Shown one piece after another: positions 34,011 to 48,392 of a stretch of 64,000 nucleotides of DNA. The stretch is from contig OZ024742.1 of assembly GCA_964016885.1 (NCBI GenBank), forward strand, positions 27,528,001 to 27,592,000, in the 5' to 3' direction. A program made the translations under genes and the position numbers. Source of the stretch: Eledone cirrhosa. Lineage: Eukaryota. The notes under the pieces were generated by a model. It made no database searches, had not been told where the DNA came from, and worked only from the letters and a program-made list of their open reading frames with translations. The stretch's first letter is position 1. Each line of letters begins with the position of its first letter.

Positions 34011-34419
34011 ACGTTATTCCGGGTTGAATCGAGGTAACCACAGTAAGTAAGGTACTCAATACATAGCAGAGTATAACAGTTTTAATATAGATGAGATTCT
34101 ACAGGACTAGAACTGTTTCATTCATTAGAAATCATCAGGAATCTGGGTATCAAAAAATAAATATGGTATTTATAGGTCTCTACAAGTGGTAGGAGAGGGT
34201 GGGGAGTGGGATGGGTGCAGGTCATTGGTTGATAGAGAAGGAATGACCTGCACCCATCCCACTCCCCACCAATGACCTGCACCCATCCCACTCCCCACCC
34301 TCTCCTACCACTTGTAGAGACCTATAAATACCATATTTATTTTTTGATACCCAGATTCCTGATGATTTCTAATGAATGAAACAGTTCTAGTCCTGTAGAA
34401 TCTCATCTATATTAAAACT
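34011..34419 (-). mobile_element. Fold-back PLE pLTR element, family E
   Basis: Arms 34078-34228 and 34269-34419, tail 34011-34077; hammerhead in both arms. Confidence 0.8.
34353..34403 (+). ncRNA. Type I hammerhead ribozyme motif (mirror at 34094-34144 -)
   Basis: agattc-CTGATGA-tttctaatgaat-GAAA-cag..ctg-TA-gaatct; GUA cleavage triplet. Confidence 0.75.
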
Positions 34420-34479
34420 ATATATATATATATATATATAATATATATATATAAAATATATATATATATACATACATAT

Positions 34480-34530
<51 letters not shown>

Positions 34531-34545
34531 AATAAATATATATAT

Positions 34546-34576
<31 letters not shown>

Positions 34577-34621
34577 CATACATACATACATATATATACA
34601 TACATACATACATATATATAC

Positions 34622-34659
<38 letters not shown>

Positions 34660-34751
34660 CATATATATATATATATACATCTATATATATATACACACAC
34701 ATATATATATATATATAATATATATATATATATATACATCTATATATATAT

Positions 34752-34804
<53 letters not shown>

Positions 34805-34818
34805 TATACATATACACA

Positions 34819-34898
<80 letters not shown>

Positions 34899-35541
34899 CA
34901 TATATGAAAAGTGTAATTTTTTACACAAAACGAAGGTTATAGAGAAAATTGAGGTTGGTAATGGCACATGGAATATATAAGAGACAGAATACTTTTTTGT
35001 GAAAAAACATAATTTTATAAGGTAAGGAAATAATAAAGGGTATAAAAAATGACCGGTTTCGATGGGTCTGCAAAAGCCATCTTTTCAAATGTTGATTAAT
35101 ATTAAGAAAAATTAATAATACGAAGAGTTAAAATTTGAGACTTGAAAATTCAAGTATAAAATTCATTGTGGGATTTCATAGCAGTTTTCATCTAGGTAGC
35201 AACAACAGGTTGACTGCTGTGTCCCTTTCTGGTAGTGAATGAGAAGTTATTTGGGGTGTGGGTTATTTTATAAAGGTCAGATTTAGCAATCACCAACTGG
35301 CCAGCTGCTGGTCAGTGAGGGGGTGGAAGCAATATACATACACATATCTTCCTGTGGTGGGTAGGAGAGTGGAGCGTGATAGAAAGGGATTTAGTGCACT
35401 TACACCTATATATACACACATACCTTCATCCACACATACATACATATACATATACATATATATATATATATATATACATATACACACATACATACACACA
35501 CACATACATATACATACACACATACACACACACACATATAT

Positions 35542-35598
<57 letters not shown>

Positions 35599-35637
35599 TA
35601 TATATACATACACATACATCCAGATACACACATACAT

Positions 35638-35670
<33 letters not shown>

Positions 35671-36105
35671 CACATATATATGTATATATATATATATACA
35701 CACACACACATTTCCGTAGAAATGCCCCCTACATAAACCAACGACGAAATAACATAGATCCAACTCACAACACACACACACCACATTCCTCAGAAGAAAT
35801 CCACCCAGACCACTTGAAATCACAACAGAACTTACCCACAACCACACCAGACATCACCCTCAATCCAACAAAAGACAACCCCCCAGCCTCAACACTCTGT
35901 ACCACAGAAATAACGCACCCAGACCACATGAACCAACAACAGAACCCTTGCTCATCAACAACCACAACACATACCACCCCCACCATCACATTCACCCTCA
36001 TGAAACAACAAGCTACAGACCCACACGCAACAGACCAACAAAATATAATCACACACAAAACTACATTCCTTTTTTAGGGAAAAGCCTGAAATACCAGGAT
36101 ACTCG

Positions 36106-38382
36106 ATGGCCCCCCCTCAGGAGAAACCAAAAATAATCAACCTCTCAAAGACACCTCTAACCAACACACAAATCAACATTTTAAGTAAGGGCCTGAAATT
36201 TACACCTACACCACGTAAACCAAACTTCCCCGAAATGAAGGATGACATCATGGAATACTGCCGAAAGCTGCGACTAACGGAATTCTTCCACAACGACACC
36301 AACACTGAAGACGAATCACTGGTTAGAAATAAAAGCAATTTCTGCCCACAAAAGGGAAGAAATAAAGCACTGGACACGTACTGCGAACACATCACCAACT
36401 TTCCCTATGAAAAAATTACAAATAAACACACGAAATCAAACCTATCTACACACGAATGGGAAGAATTATTCACACTTAGAAACAACCCTGAGATAACTAT
36501 CAAAGAAGCCGATAAAGGCAGTACTGTTGTCATTATGAATACGGACTACTATAGGACCCTCGCACTTAACATTTTAGAAAACAACACATACTATGAAAAA
36601 ACAGAAAACTACAAACACACCAAAACAATGGGGAACCTTTTGACCTTACTGAATAAATACCGCAACAGCTTAACCACAAAAGAGTTTAACTATATAAGCC
36701 ACTTCAAATGCAATACAAGCTCTTTTTACGGCTTACCGAAACTTCACAAATGTAAACGCATAAACGATGCATGTGACACCTCAACCAACAATTACATTGA
36801 ACTAACACCACCAGAAGACCTAAAACTCAGGCCAATTATAGCAGGTCCTACATGTGAAACCCACAGACTTAGCAACTTTCTGGACATCCTACTGAAACCC
36901 TTTCTACAACATATACAGAGCTACATACGAGATGACCTTGACATGCTGAAACACCTCCCTAAAACAGTAAGTGCAAATACAATTCTTGTCTCCTTTGACG
37001 TAATAAACCTCTACACAAACATACCCCACAACTATGGAATAACAGCAGTCCAATACTGGCTTAACACACACCCATCAGAAATACCGACACGCATCAACAC
37101 AGATTTTATCACTGACGGACTCCGCTTTATCCTACAAAATAACTACTTCACATTCAATGGTTCAACATACAGACAAGTATCAGGTACGGCAATGGGCACG
37201 AAAGTAGCACCCACATATGCCAACCTAGTCATGGGATTCCATGAACAACAAATATACAGTCAGTCCCTTCTCTTATTTGGAGACTCTTTCCACACACACC
37301 TCAAAGCCAATTGGAAAAGATATCTAGACGACTGCTTTATCCTATGGCAAGAAGACGTGAACTCACTTACTACGTTTAAAAACATGATAAACAACATAGA
37401 TAATAACATACAATTCACAATGAAATCCAATCCTAAGGAATTAGCCTTCTTGGATATTCTCATCTCTGTAATAGACGGGAAATTAGATACAGATATATTC
37501 TATAAACCCACAGATTCCAAGCAATACCTCTTTTTCACATCAAGTCACCCAAAACATACAAAACTTAACATTCCTTACAATTTGGCCAAACGTATATGTA
37601 CCATAGTATCAGATCCACCTAAACGGGAGCAAAGACTAAAGGAACTAAAAGACACCCTTATCTTAAGAGCCTTTCCACTTGAAATAATCAACAATGGAAT
37701 AGACAGGGCAAAACACCTAAATCCCCATCAACTTAACAATCCAAAACAGAAAACCACACTCAACACCCTGCCATATGTATCCACTTTCAACCCCAGAAAT
37801 ACCGAAATGTTTGATCACCTACACAAAAACCTCCCCATCCTACTTAAAGATGTAAAAATGAAGTCTATTCTTGAAACACACAAGATACTTAAAAGTAAAA
37901 GACAACCCAAATCACTTAAACGCATTCTCACTGGACCAAATATACCCAAACCAATCCTCAACCCTACAGTTACCAAATGTGGTAGAACAAACTGTGGAAC
38001 GTGCCTCTACCTCACGGAAGGACAAACATTTACATTTGAAGATGGCCAAACATTTACAGTAAAAAATAATTTCACCTGCAACTCGTAGAACTTGATTTAC
38101 GCAATAACTTGCGGTGGGTGCAAACACAACTACATAGGACAGACGGGCACCTCATTACGCAAAAGAATGACCATCCACCGCCAACAAATCCGGGACGCTA
38201 ACACAAGAAAAATCCCCTTGAGCAGCCATATTGCGAACTGCGCAGGAATGACACTACCCAACTTTAAAATCTTCCCCTTCTACAAGTGCTCAGATTCGTT
38301 CACACAGCAACAAAGAATAAACAAAGAAAATCTATTCCTTAACAAATTTAAACCAAAACTAAACGGGTTATCACCCCAATAG
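36106..38382 (+). pseudogene. PLE reverse transcriptase + GIY-YIG endonuclease, one in-frame TAG (38086-38088)
   Basis: FYGLPKLHK, LRPII, SFDVINLYTNIP, GTAMGTKVAP, RYLDD; linker CGRTNCGTC; LIYAITCGGC..YIGQT continues in the same frame. Confidence 0.92.
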
Positions 38383-38677
38383 AATTGTCATAAAATATAA
38401 ACACACATACGCACGGAATCACTACTATTAAAGACCAGAGACCAATTCTGTAGAATCAGGTTTATTCATTGACAGACCATGCCTTTGTGTGACCAACACA
38501 TCCATGTTAAACCCTGCACGTGCACACACATATATCTATATATATATGCGCACACAGAATTCACCACTGTCAGTTGCGGGGCCCAATCTACATGAAGAAC
38601 TCAATGTGATCAGAATGACTTGTATTTTAATTTCACTGCCCCAACTTCTTATATTATGGAAAAAATATATGTGTCTG

Positions 38678-38715
<38 letters not shown>

Positions 38716-39099
38716 AAGGCCATTTCTCTGTGTGTGGGTGTATGTATGTGTATATGTGTGTGTGTGTGTATGTGTGTGCATGTGGATGTATGTATTGTGT
38801 GTGCGTGTGTGTGTGTGTGTGTGTATGTATGTGGGTATCTGGATGTATGCGTATGTGTATATATATATATATATGCGTGTGTGTGTGTGTGTGTGTATAT
38901 ATGTGTGTGTATGTGTGTATATATATGTGTGTGTGTGTATGTTTGTATGTGTGTATGTATATATATATGTGTGTGTGCGTGTATGTATGTGTGGGGGTGT
39001 GTGTGTGTGTATATATATATATATATGTGTATATATATATATGTGTGTGTGTATGTGTGTATGTATGTGTGTATCTGGATGTATGTGTATGTATATATA

Positions 39100-39146
<47 letters not shown>

Positions 39147-39600
39147 ATGTGTATATATGTGTGTGTGTGTATGTGTGTATGTATATGTATGTGTGTGTGT
39201 ATGTATGTGTGTATATGTATATATATATATATATATATGTATATGTATATGTATGTATGTGTGGATGAAGGTATGTGTGTATATATAGGTGTAAGTGCAC
39301 TAAATCCCTTTCTATCACGCTCCACTCTCCTACCCACCACAGGAAGATATGTGTATGTATATTGCTTCCACCCCCTCACTGACCAGCAGCTGGCCAGTTG
39401 GTGATTGCTAAATCTGACCTTTATAAAATAACCCACACCCCAAATAACTTCTCATTCACTACCAGAAAGGGACACAGCAGTCAACCTGTTGTTGCTACCT
39501 AGATGAAAACTGCTATGAAATCCCACAATGAATTTTATACTTGAATTTTCAAGTCTCAAATTTTAACTCTTCGTATTATTAATTTTTCTTAATATTAATC

Positions 39601-39648
39601 AACATTTGAAAAGATGGCTTTTGCAGACCCATCGAAACCGGTCATTTT
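39601..39648 (+). ncRNA. Hammerhead-like motif, U3-A8 core, weak stem I (mirror at 35046-35093 -)
   Basis: aacat-TTGAAAA-gatgg/ccatc-GAAA-ccgg-TC-atttt. Confidence 0.5.
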
Positions 39649-39772
39649 TTATACCCTTTATTATTTCCTTACCTTATAAAATTATGTTTTTTCACAAAAA
39701 AGTATTCTGTCTCTTATATATTCCATGTGCCATTACCAACCTCAATTTTCTCTATATATACATATATATACA

Positions 39773-39806
<34 letters not shown>

Positions 39807-39861
39807 AACGCATATCTATATTCATATATATATATGTATATATATATATATGTATATATAT

Positions 39862-40733
<872 letters not shown>

Positions 40734-40818
40734 ATATATATATATATATATGTGTGTATATATATATATATATGTGTGTATATATATATATATGTGTGTA
40801 TATATATATATATGTGTG

Positions 40819-40885
<67 letters not shown>

Positions 40886-40897
40886 ATATATATATAA

Positions 40898-40965
<68 letters not shown>

Positions 40966-40968
40966 CTG

Positions 40969-41001
<33 letters not shown>

Positions 41002-41038
41002 CTGTATATATATATATGTGTATATATATATAAATATG

Positions 41039-41130
<92 letters not shown>

Positions 41131-41545
41131 TATTAAAATATAAGTATTAATAAAATAGATGTTCTATTGATCAATTACATTTCATTATACATATTTCGGA
41201 TGAACAACAGTACGTCCTCATCAGACAAAAATATAATGATACATGACATACCCTGAGATGTTAAATGGTTAAGATTTAATCAAGCTAGTCAACCTTGATT
41301 AAATCTTAAACATTTAACATCTCAGGGTATGTCATGTATCATTATATTTTGTCTGATGAGGACGTACTGTTGTACATCCGATATATGTATTATAAAATGT
41401 AATTGATCAAAAGAACATCTATTTTATTAATATTTATATTTTAATATTAATAACTCCTGAAAATTATTTTACTCGTTGAGTGCTTCCAATCTACTGTAAA
41501 ACTCATTCTTTGACATAATCATTGAATATTGTTTAACAACTTAAT
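41131..41545 (+). mobile_element. Fold-back PLE pLTR element, family B relative
   Basis: Arms 41131-41284 and 41294-41446, tail 41447-41545 similar to 10723-10805. Confidence 0.8.
41179..41231 (-). ncRNA. Type I hammerhead motif (the + arm copy at 41346-41398 has GAAA mutated to GATA)
   Basis: ttttgt-CTGATGA-gga..tcc-GAAA-tatgta-TA-atgaaa. Confidence 0.65.
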
Positions 41546-41933
41546 ACATGTATGTATATATTATAAGAATAGATTAGAGTTTAAGCAAAGTTAGAGTTTT
41601 TCAAGCACTCTTCGGATTTTAGTCTTCACATTTATCTCCTTATAATATATAATCTCCTCATAATATATTACCAGCAATTTCTCTGACTGTTTCTCCGACA
41701 GTGGAAACACGTGCGCGCGTTGTTGCTATCTCTCTCTCTCCAGCTATCCCTTTCTTTTAGTCTGATGTTTCTCTCACTCTCACTCTTTCTCTTTGTAACA
41801 CACTAACATTCCTCCCCTCTATCGCTGTGACGAATGGGGAGATGGAGGATGAGGAGGAGGAGAGAGTCACTTCGTCACTTCACCTCTGCAATTCTTTCTC
41901 TCCCCTCTCACTCCCTCATTACGTACAGACATT

Positions 41934-42127
41934 AGGGCGGTGGATTGGCAGAATCTGTAGAGAGTCGGACACCATGCTTCATAGCATGGAGTTGCGTCCC
42001 TTTACGGTCTGAGTCAAATACCGCCGAGGTTAACTTTGCCTTTCATCCTCACGAGGTCGATAAAATAAAGTACCAGTAATGTACTGGGTAATTGCTGGCC
42101 TTGTGCCAAAAGTAGAAACAATTATTA
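41934..42127 (+). mobile_element. tRNA-derived SINE with Deu/Nin-like domain
   Basis: Full-length relative of 469-658. Confidence 0.8.
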
Positions 42128-42272
42128 GAAACATTGCTTCATTTTTACATATCTAAGCATTAGTAAAATAACTAATAATTTAAAAAAGTAATTTTTCAAT
42201 TCCAATTGTTCTGAACAGCAAAACATTAATAATAATTTTGTTCTAAGAAATATATATACATTTCTGTGTGTG

Positions 42273-42317
<45 letters not shown>

Positions 42318-42833
42318 GAAATATATGGGCATTTCTCTGTTTGTCTGTCTGTCTGTCTGTCTGTCCTTCCCTAAAACTCAAATGTAGGTGCTACAGAAAT
42401 ATTACCTTCCCCTTCCTTTCTCCACTTTGGTACTACCAAGAGAAACACTGTCGCTATAGAAACATTACCTTCCTCTCTCCACTGACTTTGGTCACTGAGG
42501 CCGAGGGAATCGCTAGTTGCTATAGAGACACCTTGCACAAGCCAGAAGTAACCAGTTCGAGGCGGTTCTGACTTGACACCATGCCAAGGACCAATTGAAG
42601 ATATATTTCCATCGTTATATCATAACGTTTATGTATCATAACGTTTATATTTCCGTCACTAATCTCTTTTTTTCCTTTTTCGTTTTAACATATATTTATT
42701 TTAAATATTTCACCATATAGATAACATATATAATTATACATGCATAAAAGACACACCGAGAGACGGTGAACATGTGGTGCCGAAAACATTTCTCATCCAA
42801 ATCTCAACAATATCAGTATATACACTAGATTTG

Positions 42834-44542
42834 CTAGCAGAAAACCGCCCACCGGGTGGTTTTCTGCTAGTCTATATATATAAAACTGAGGATGTCTGTC
42901 TGTGTGTGTGTGAGTTTGAATCCCTAAAACTAGAGAAGCACCCAACCGACTGTTTTCAAACTTTACACACGTAATACTTATGTTTCAGGGAGTGTTCTGA
43001 GCAAATAACATTTCGAATTTTCAATGCCCTAGGGACCGCATCAGGCGATTTAGCGATCTCTCTCTATAATTCTTAGTCTTTCTCTTTTTAGATAGATACA
43101 TACATATAACGTCGCAACCTTAGAATATCTGTCTGTATGTCTGGCTGTCTGCATTACGTCACTTCCTACAATTCACTCTGCGTCTAAAACGCGCCCTTAT
43201 AATATCTGTCTGTATGTCTGGCTGTCTGCTGCCTCTGTAAGTACGCAACATTGTGGCTTAAAACGCGAGGAAGAAGTTGTGTGCACTTACCAACTGTTTG
43301 GGGAATGAGTGTGATATTTGTCTTGAGCAAGGATGGCAGAATAAGCGGAGGCATTGGGCCGTAACTGACGTAATGCAGACATACAGACAGACATTATAAG
43401 GGCGCGACGTTATATGTAAAAAGAGAAAGACTAATAATTATAGAGAGAGATCGCTAAATCGCCTAATGCGGTCCCTAGGGCATTGAAAATCAGAAATTTC
43501 TTTTGCTCAAAACACTCCCTGAAACATAAGTATTACATGTGTAAAGTTTGAAACAGTCGGTTTGGTGCGTCTTGAGTTTAGGGATTCAAACTCACACACA
43601 CACACACAGACAGACATCCTCAGTTTTATATATATACATTACTAGCAGTGGTACCCGGCGTTGCACGGGATAAGGTATTGTGAAATATTAGACCGCCTTA
43701 GCTAAGCTTAGTATTGCCACAACCACGGCTAGTAAAGAATGTTTGGTGGTACGTAAGTAAGCAACATTGTGGCTTAGCTAAGGCGGTTATATATTTCACA
43801 CAACACTAAAAATTAAAGCCTGTAAAGAAAAACATCGCAATAATAGCTTCAGTATTCACAGTGTTGCTTACTTACGTGCCTTTATGAGAACAAAAGTTAC
43901 TATTTTACTGCTACTATATATATACATACAGTTATTGTGGAAAATCTCTCTATATTTTTTTTTTCGTACGAATTACTTAAGAAATAAAGTATTGTATATT
44001 TTTTTGGTGTGTAAATTTTATACTTTGTAAGAATTATAAATGACTAGCATTTGATCCCCTAGGATTTGATCCATTAGGTGAAAAATTGCGTGTTTTCAGC
44101 TGTTTAGGGGTATTTTGAGGCGTTACGTCAGACCGATTTCCTTGAAATTGTAACTATGTATTAGTTAGTCTCTTTTTCATACCGCGAGCAAATGAAATCA
44201 AACTTTGTTATGGCCGAGGGCCCGCATTAGGTAAAAAACTTCATTTTTTCAGCTTTTTAGGGCTTTTTTGAGGCGTTACGTCTAGCCGATTTTCCCGAAA
44301 TTTCAAGGCATATTATGCACATCAAAAATTCATTTTCTTGATGCCCTAGGGCCCGCATTAGGTGAAAACCTGCACTTTTCCTGCTTCATCGAGGAAAATC
44401 TTAAAGATTATCCAGCCATCAGAGTATTCGGTTTATTTTCTTTACATATTGTCGAGGCATGCAGTTTTTCCACGATTAGGTCTGTTGGCGGCCGGCATTC
44501 CAAAACACCTTATCCCGTGCAACGCCGGGTACCACTGCTAGT
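42834..44542. mobile_element. Rearranged non-autonomous Helitron composite
   Basis: 5' ends (TC)TATATATATAAAACTGAGGATGTCTGTCTG at 42871 (+) and 43636 (-); 3' ends with cccg..cggg hairpin + CTAG at 43642 (-) and 44541 (+). Confidence 0.65.
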
Positions 44543-44616
44543 TATTTATATATATATATCTACTAAAATCCAAGGAGGGCTTGATAAACTTCTATTTTAC
44601 TAATCTTCCAATCGTG

Positions 44617-44711
<95 letters not shown>

Positions 44712-45601
44712 TTCCTTTTAAGTCAACTTTCTCTGGGTGGATAGAATGTTTTGAAACAATGTTTTACAACTGGAAACACTTCCTAATGTCAACATTTGGG
44801 TGTACTTTTTGCGAATTGGTTTATTGGTTTAATCTTCTCCGGAAGATACCGCTGGTAACCAACCACTAATTCAATAAGAAAGAAGATATAGAGAGCTGCT
44901 CGTCAGAACAAGGCCGGCAGCGAATAAGAGAGTGAGAAACACAAGTCTTGTCTATTTATTATGCCTACGGGAAGTAACTCTAATTAATTCTCTTATTTTG
45001 ACCTTAGGGGTCACTACATACTTATTTTAATAACCGAAATACACATGCACATACACACTTAATGTCTATAGTTACTTCCTTACCAGGGTTTCATAGAACT
45101 ACCTGTAAATTTGGGCTCAGAATTCCTATTTAATCATATGTTTAATGTTGTCTAGCAAAGTTTACTTTGAGATTACTGATTAATGTTTAGGACGCTGAAT
45201 GTTATTTTTATAAATTGCTTCCCTTGACATGGCATTGTGTAATTAAGGGGAGATTACTCTTTTGGCATAATTTGTCAGCATGCTGAAGGTTAAATTAAAG
45301 CTATTGCAGATGATACTTGCCCGAACTTTGTAAGAAATAACAATAAAATTTTAATCAGTTTCCTGTCCTAAAAAAATGACAGATATATTAGATAATATAG
45401 TAATATAGCCTTAGTGACACAATGTCTGAGTGAAAACAAGCATGGATAGTCATAGTTGGAACACCTTCGATCATATGTCTGCTGGAGTATAGCCAATGTG
45501 AGCTTACATAAATATAATCTCCACAACAAAAACAATGTCAACAACAACTAGATATTTAATTTATCAGACTTACAAATAAAAGTTATCATATACATATATG
45601 A

Positions 45602-45658
<57 letters not shown>

Positions 45659-47630
45659 TATACATACTCACATATACACACATATAAATACGCACACAAA
45701 GACACATATATATATCTATACACACACACATATATATACACAAACACACACACTTATGTAAATATATATATCCACATGCACATCCACATGCATTCACACA
45801 TATATATACATATATTCATACTCAAAAATATACATACACACACACATGTGTGTTTGTTTGTGTGTAGGAATCGCAAGTACAATTTAAAAAAAAACTATAA
45901 CAATCAATTGTTATCAATAATACATTAGAAAATCAGGTAAAATATATGGATGAAAAGAATTATTTTACCAGATTTTTAAATTTACATCGAAGCTGTTCAT
46001 ATAGCTAACTAATTCAGATGCAACCTTATTATCAGAGGCCACTTAGCTCATTGTTTGGAGCAATCAGCCAAAATTTAAGGGCTACAGAGTTTGATTTTTC
46101 ATAGCAGCTGCTGGCTACTTTTTTCTGTCGATGGGGTAAGATACTTAATCTGGCTGAGCATTACAACTCTTCAGTGTGTAGATACAATTTATATTTCAAT
46201 GTTTTCTAGTGAACACCCATATTCTTCTTTGGCATGTTGTTAGAGCACTTATAGGTTTTTCTGTTCTTTGAGTTCTTGCCATGGCTCTTTCATCCTTTCT
46301 CCTATATTGTGAGCCATTTATCTCTTATATATTTTGTGATTATTTCAATATTGTTCCTTTTTGCACCTAATGCAATAAACAACATTTCTAGACAGAATGC
46401 TCAAACCGATTAAGGAAGCCACATGTTTAACAGAAAAAGAACCAATGCTCAATAGAAAGCATGAAATGGAATAATAACCTAGCAATTGATAACAATATAA
46501 TGATTGATATGAATAAATCTAAAGTGGCACACAAACTGACATAAACACCCATTTCATAGAATACTGGAATGGAATAACAACTACCTAGTGACAGGTGAAA
46601 GAGGGAGTGAAAAAAAAAAAGAAAAAAAGACGCATGCACAAAAAAACATGGACTAGAAACAAGATGCAAAGCCACATGCATACACATGCCAAACTAAGAA
46701 GCTTATAGAAGTAGCAGCACACATGCACACAACAAAGTGACAAGATGGAATACCTAGAATAAGATTAGAACAGAGGAGACACAGAAGTGCAAAAATAACC
46801 ATTGAGAAGGTCACATGATGTTAGATGAAAGAGCTTTGACAATTAAACAACCACCCAGTTACTAAAACAACCAAAGAATGGATTAGTTACCTAACTAATA
46901 ATGAAACTGAAGTGAAACTCAACTTGTGTATGTGCTTTTATTCGCAGCATGGCCCACCCAAAGTATAACAATATATATATATATATGTGTATCTGTGTAT
47001 GTATGTATTGGATTTCATGCTCATTATTGTAGTAGCTTAAAAGCAACTAAGGAAGATAGGAAAGTAACTTTTCATTAGATCAGGTCAAGGAAACTATGTT
47101 TTTGTTGGTCTTTCCATTGCTGAAATCATCTGCCAATCTATGTTAAAAATGAATTAATCTAATGGAATATGTTTTCATATAAGTATTCACGGAGTTGTAT
47201 CAAAAATCAAATATTTAATCACGGTACTATACTGCAATGGATTACTAGCGTTAAAGACCTGAATTTCTATGAAGTTTCACAGAAATTTCATACTTAGTGA
47301 CTCCATCAACACAAGTATATTGGAAACATTTAGGACAAAGCTTGTAACTATGTTTTATTATGTTGACCAGTCTGCAGAAACATGGTTTTCCCTAGGAAGA
47401 TATCTATATTTATTTCAATACAGAGTTCTATTGAAAGAAGAACTCAAATTTAAAAACAAGAAATTCTTTAATGAAGCTTAACAAATACACACTTTACTGT
47501 ACTGAAACATCTTGAGCCAATTATAAGAAGATCATTAAAGCTCTATTATAAGATATTTTAAGCCACAAATTTTTTTTTTTCAGTTTGTCAGCATAATTTC
47601 ATTATCATCATCCTCGTGAATGAAAATCAG

Positions 47631-47966
47631 CATTGAGAAAAATGAGATGCTCGTCCTCTCTAGCATGCAGAATACTTTCATTGAGAAGAATGAGATGCTC
47701 GTCCTCTCTAGCATGCAGAATACTTTCATTGAGAAGAATGAGATGCTCGTCCTCTCTAGCATGCAGAATACTTTCATTGAGAAGAATGAGATGCTCGTCC
47801 TCTCTAGCATGCAGAATACTTTCATTGAGAAAAATGAGATGCTCGTCCTCTCTAGCATGCAGAATACTTTCATTGAGAAGAATGAGATGCTCGTCCTCTC
47901 TAGCATGCAGAATACTTTCATTGAGAAGAATGAGATGCTCGTCCTCTCTAGCATGCAGAATACTTT
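47631..47966. repeat. Minisatellite, 7 x 48 bp, nearly identical units
   Basis: Unit cattgagaaRaatgagatgctcgtcctctctagcatgcagaatacttt. Confidence 0.95.
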
Positions 47967-48345
47967 CTGCATATGAATGGAATTACAGTTGGAGAAGTTC
48001 AAGTAACTCAGGATGGTTTTCACACGAGATGGAAGGGAGGAGGCTGACTTAAGTACAAGTAATGTACCAGATTCAAGACTTCCGAGTATACTGAATGCAA
48101 TATATCATGACACCAGCACAACCACTATATAGGGTGGACTTAAATATAATTTCAAATTGTATGCAGGAATTTATAAACAAGAAGAAAAACGTCCCCAATA
48201 CAGAAGAAACATGTGATTACTACAGGTACTGCTGAAACTATTCTGAGTTTTTCATGTGTCCACATTGATTACTCAATATATATATTTGTATCTATGTGTC
48301 TATTTCTCTTTGTACATGTCTATATGCATATATACACAGACTTGG

Positions 48346-48392
<47 letters not shown>

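Larger units (their letters stand above)
34906..39756 (+). mobile_element. Penelope-like retroelement (Neptune-like) with inverted pLTR
   Basis: RT + GIY-YIG ORF; 34938-~35710 is the reverse complement of ~39000-39756; tail 34906-34937. Confidence 0.9.

Noticed and set aside
38086-38088. Selenocysteine recoding of the in-frame stop in the PLE ORF
   Set aside because: The codon is TAG, not TGA, and is not at an evident Cys position; a nonsense mutation is simpler.
41680-41716. Hammerhead-like ctgactg...gaaacacgtg
   Set aside because: Core and cleavage triplet do not fit; no stem I.
45950-46370. Unique-looking segment as a possible exon
   Set aside because: No sustained reading frame or recognisable motif in the frames I checked.
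47631-47966. CRISPR-like array or repeat protein
   Set aside because: Head-to-tail identical units with no spacers and no cas genes; eukaryotic context.
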